A DNA stretch of 49,177 nt from positions 1 to 49,177 of IMG/VR virus record IMGVR_UViG_3300047669_000035; one strand, 5' to 3'. Origin of the DNA: a virus. Its lineage: Duplodnaviria > Caudoviricetes. Shown here one piece after another: positions 46,777 through 49,177 of the stretch; the stretch's first letter is position 1, and each line of letters starts with the position of its first letter. The position numbers and the translations under genes were made by a program. The notes under the pieces were generated by a model. That model saw nothing but the letters and a program-made list of their open reading frames with translations, made no database searches and was not told the origin of the DNA.

Positions 46777-48555
46777 ATGCTTAGTCAAGAGCAACAGGAA
46801 AAGACGGACATAAAAAATCATATTCAGTCTAATCCTAAAACGAATAACTACGGACAAGGACAATACAAAATAACTTGCCCTAGTTGTCAGAAAGACAGAA
46901 CCAAGAACCGAACCGACACCCCATTTTCAGTAAACATAAATTCAGAGACAATCGTTTATAACTGTCATCATTGCGGTATTAATGGAGCGATATCAAGAAC
47001 ACAAGGAGCAAGGATGAAAGTAGTCAAAACAGAACAGAAGCCAATCAAGAAAATTGTTTTACCTAAAACCGACAAGAAAGGAAAGTCAGCAGATTGGTTA
47101 TTGGCACGAGGGATAAGTTCAGAAACGGCTGAGATGTCAGGTTGTGTCTTGAGTGAAAAAAATAATTTACCAGTCATAGGTTTTTCCTTCGATCACGGAG
47201 GTAAGACAGTTGCGGTTAAGTGGAGAACATGCAATGGTAAGAAGGATTTTTGGTGGGATAACAACGCAACAAAACTTTGGGGAAGGCAAGTCCACAACGA
47301 CAGCTTACCCACAGTTGAATCAACAATAGTAATTACAGAAGGCGAATTAGACCAACTTGCTATAAAAGAAGCCTTCAAAGACCACAGCAACATAGACGTA
47401 TATTCAGTACCAAATGGAGCACCGAACTCTTTATCTCCAGACGGAAAAGTTGACCCTAACGAAAGCGGAAGATTCAAGTATGTCTGGGAGGACAGAGAAA
47501 AGTTTGAAGGAATAGACAGGATTATTCTTGCCGTTGATAGTGATGAAAACGGAGAGATTCTAGCTTCAGAGCTATCTCGTAGGCTAGATAAAGCCAGATG
47601 TTATGTTGTGGATTACAGGGGATTCAAAGATGCCAATGAATTATTGGTTGAGACAGATGCAGAGACAGTAAGAAAACAAGTCCTCAATGCAGAGCCAGTT
47701 CCTTTACATGGTCTTAATAACATAGATTTCTATTCAGATGAATTCCAGATGCTTTATGACCAAGGACAGCCAAAAGGAGTAAGCACAGGGTTTGATTCAG
47801 TAGATAAGCTATTCAACATACAGACAGGTTATCTTTGCGTTGTAACAGGTTATCCGTCAGACGGAAAATCTGCTTTTATAGACCAGTTATTAGTCAACGT
47901 AGCAAAAAACTATGGTTGGAAAACAAACATATGTTCGTTTGAAAAACCTCCTACATACCACGCAATACAGTTGGCACAATGCTTTATAGGAAAACCATTT
48001 TTCGAGGGCATGAATCAGAGAATGACACAGGAAGAGAAGGATTTCTCACAGCACTTTATCAATGAACACTTTCTATTCCAAGACTACCAAGACGGAGGAC
48101 AGCCAACGATAGAAAACATCTTAGAAAAATCTGCTCAAGCAGTAATGAGATACGGAACTAAGATTCTAGTGATAGACCCATTCAATTTTATTGAGACAAA
48201 TCATAAAGGATTAGAAACTGACATGATTTCAAGTATGCTTACCAAGGTGCAATTACATTGTAAAAAATATGACATATTATGTTTCTTTGTAGCACACCCA
48301 AACAAGCCACAAGTTCGTGACGGAAAGAAGAGTCTTGTTACAGGTGTAGATATATCGGGAAGTATGGCATGGTTTAGCAAGGCAGACAGCCTCTTGACAG
48401 TACATAGAAATGAGCATAACGTAGAAATTCATTGCACAAAACAAAGGTGGGCATGGTGTGGAAAAACAGGAATGGCTAGTTTAACTTTTGACCCATTAAG
48501 TAATAGATATGCGGAAGAAGAAAAAGTCGAAGACACATATGACTGGGAGTTCTAA
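46777..48555 (+). CDS. Primase-helicase (T7 gp4/Twinkle-like)
   Basis: CPSC/CHHC Zn finger, TOPRIM ITEGELD and DSDENG, Walker A GYPSDGKS, Walker B ILVIDP. Confidence 0.93.
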   Translation: MLSQEQQEKTDIKNHIQSNPKTNNYGQGQYKITCPSCQKDRTKNRTDTPFSVNINSETIVYNCHHCGINGAISRTQGARMKVVKTEQKPIKKIVLPKTDKKGKSADWLLARGISSETAEMSGCVLSEKNNLPVIGFSFDHGGKTVAVKWRTCNGKKDFWWDNNATKLWGRQVHNDSLPTVESTIVITEGELDQLAIKEAFKDHSNIDVYSVPNGAPNSLSPDGKVDPNESGRFKYVWEDREKFEGIDRIILAVDSDENGEILASELSRRLDKARCYVVDYRGFKDANELLVETDAETVRKQVLNAEPVPLHGLNNIDFYSDEFQMLYDQGQPKGVSTGFDSVDKLFNIQTGYLCVVTGYPSDGKSAFIDQLLVNVAKNYGWKTNICSFEKPPTYHAIQLAQCFIGKPFFEGMNQRMTQEEKDFSQHFINEHFLFQDYQDGGQPTIENILEKSAQAVMRYGTKILVIDPFNFIETNHKGLETDMISSMLTKVQLHCKKYDILCFFVAHPNKPQVRDGKKSLVTGVDISGSMAWFSKADSLLTVHRNEHNVEIHCTKQRWAWCGKTGMASLTFDPLSNRYAEEEKVEDTYDWEF

Positions 48556-49054
48556 CGAAGAAGTCCACGTTAATGATGTTGGCAGTCCTTACCTTCACAA
48601 ACAACATGAAGTAGTAGTAAGAGTATTCAACAATACAAAAGTTGGTAGAGCTATAGTTCTAGACCAACACTTAATAGACGTTCTTTTCTATGAAGATTAC
48701 TTAAATTCCAGACAACACAACGTCTGCGATAAATACTTAGGAATGATTTCTAAATCTGGCTGTTTTGCTCCCGCTCCAGAGCTGGGAGAAAGAATATTTA
48801 CTGGTAATGGAAAATTGAAGCCTCTCCCTCGTGCTTGTTTATTGATTGGAGTACAAAGAACTTTAAAAGAATTGTGCGGTTCAAATAAGGAAAGGGAATT
48901 CTGGAAATTAATGACTAGCAACCCTGATAGGGTAAGTCAGTCTCAAATAAAGACCACTCAAGCATGTGCTAATGCACTATTGAGCTATTGGTATGTCAGT
49001 CAGGAAAGTCCTGTTTCTTTGTTTCAGCAAGCCCTGATAACCCCTTCCCAATAG
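48539..49054 (+). CDS. Hypothetical protein
   Basis: ORF overlapping the helicase 3' end; ATG at 48539 preferred. Confidence 0.6.
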   Translation: MTGSSNEEVHVNDVGSPYLHKQHEVVVRVFNNTKVGRAIVLDQHLIDVLFYEDYLNSRQHNVCDKYLGMISKSGCFAPAPELGERIFTGNGKLKPLPRACLLIGVQRTLKELCGSNKEREFWKLMTSNPDRVSQSQIKTTQACANALLSYWYVSQESPVSLFQQALITPSQ

Positions 49055-49177
49055 ATACAGTTTCGTACTTTGGCGGTTTTTGCTTTGTGTAAGCACCAGA
49101 GAAAATTTCTTTACCCTCTTGTTCAGCTATATCTTCTACTTCAACACCTTTGGCATCTGCGACATGATGTATCATGT
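48996..49177 (-). CDS. Probable 3' part of a gene truncated by the window edge
   Basis: Frame open from the edge: MIHHVADAKGVEVEDIAEQEGKEIF...QDFPD*. Confidence 0.5.
   Translation of the reverse strand, partial: MIHHVADAKGVEVEDIAEQEGKEIFSGAYTKQKPPKYETVSIGKGLSGLAETKKQDFPD

Noticed and set aside
1-49177. Prophage, tRNA genes or alternative genetic code
   Set aside because: No integrase, att site, host genes or cloverleaf noticed; genes are intact under the standard code and all three stop codons are used

Overview
The window is most of the genome of an AT-rich dsDNA tailed phage with podovirus-type architecture. Spanins imply a Gram-negative host; a marine or aquatic proteobacterial host is my inference. 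About 0.35-41.5 kb (+) is the virion and lysis arm: terminase large subunit, portal, GroES, scaffold, Mu gpT-like capsid, head/tail proteins, a tail fibre with an S74 chaperone, a lysis cluster interrupted by a three-gene exported-protein cassette, the nozzle, ejection proteins, two GNAT-like proteins and a 2675-aa polyvalent protein. About 41.5-46.3 kb (-) holds recombination genes (RusA, Ref-like HNH, SSB-like, ERF, PD-(D/E)xK nuclease). From 46.4 kb (+) come a primase-helicase and hypotheticals. I saw no DNA or RNA polymerase, integrase, tRNA or CRISPR array. The strongest unexplained signals are: (1) 15-bp DNA repeats encoding P-x-[FY]-S-R that delimit domains of the polyvalent protein; (2) a [MFYR]-x-x-G-G motif shared by several putative capsid-internal proteins; (3) the exported Asn/Thr-rich plus NIDO-like/acidic cassette; (4) a pseudoknot-like RNA element after the capsid gene. 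All family assignments come from motif recognition by eye; no searches were run.
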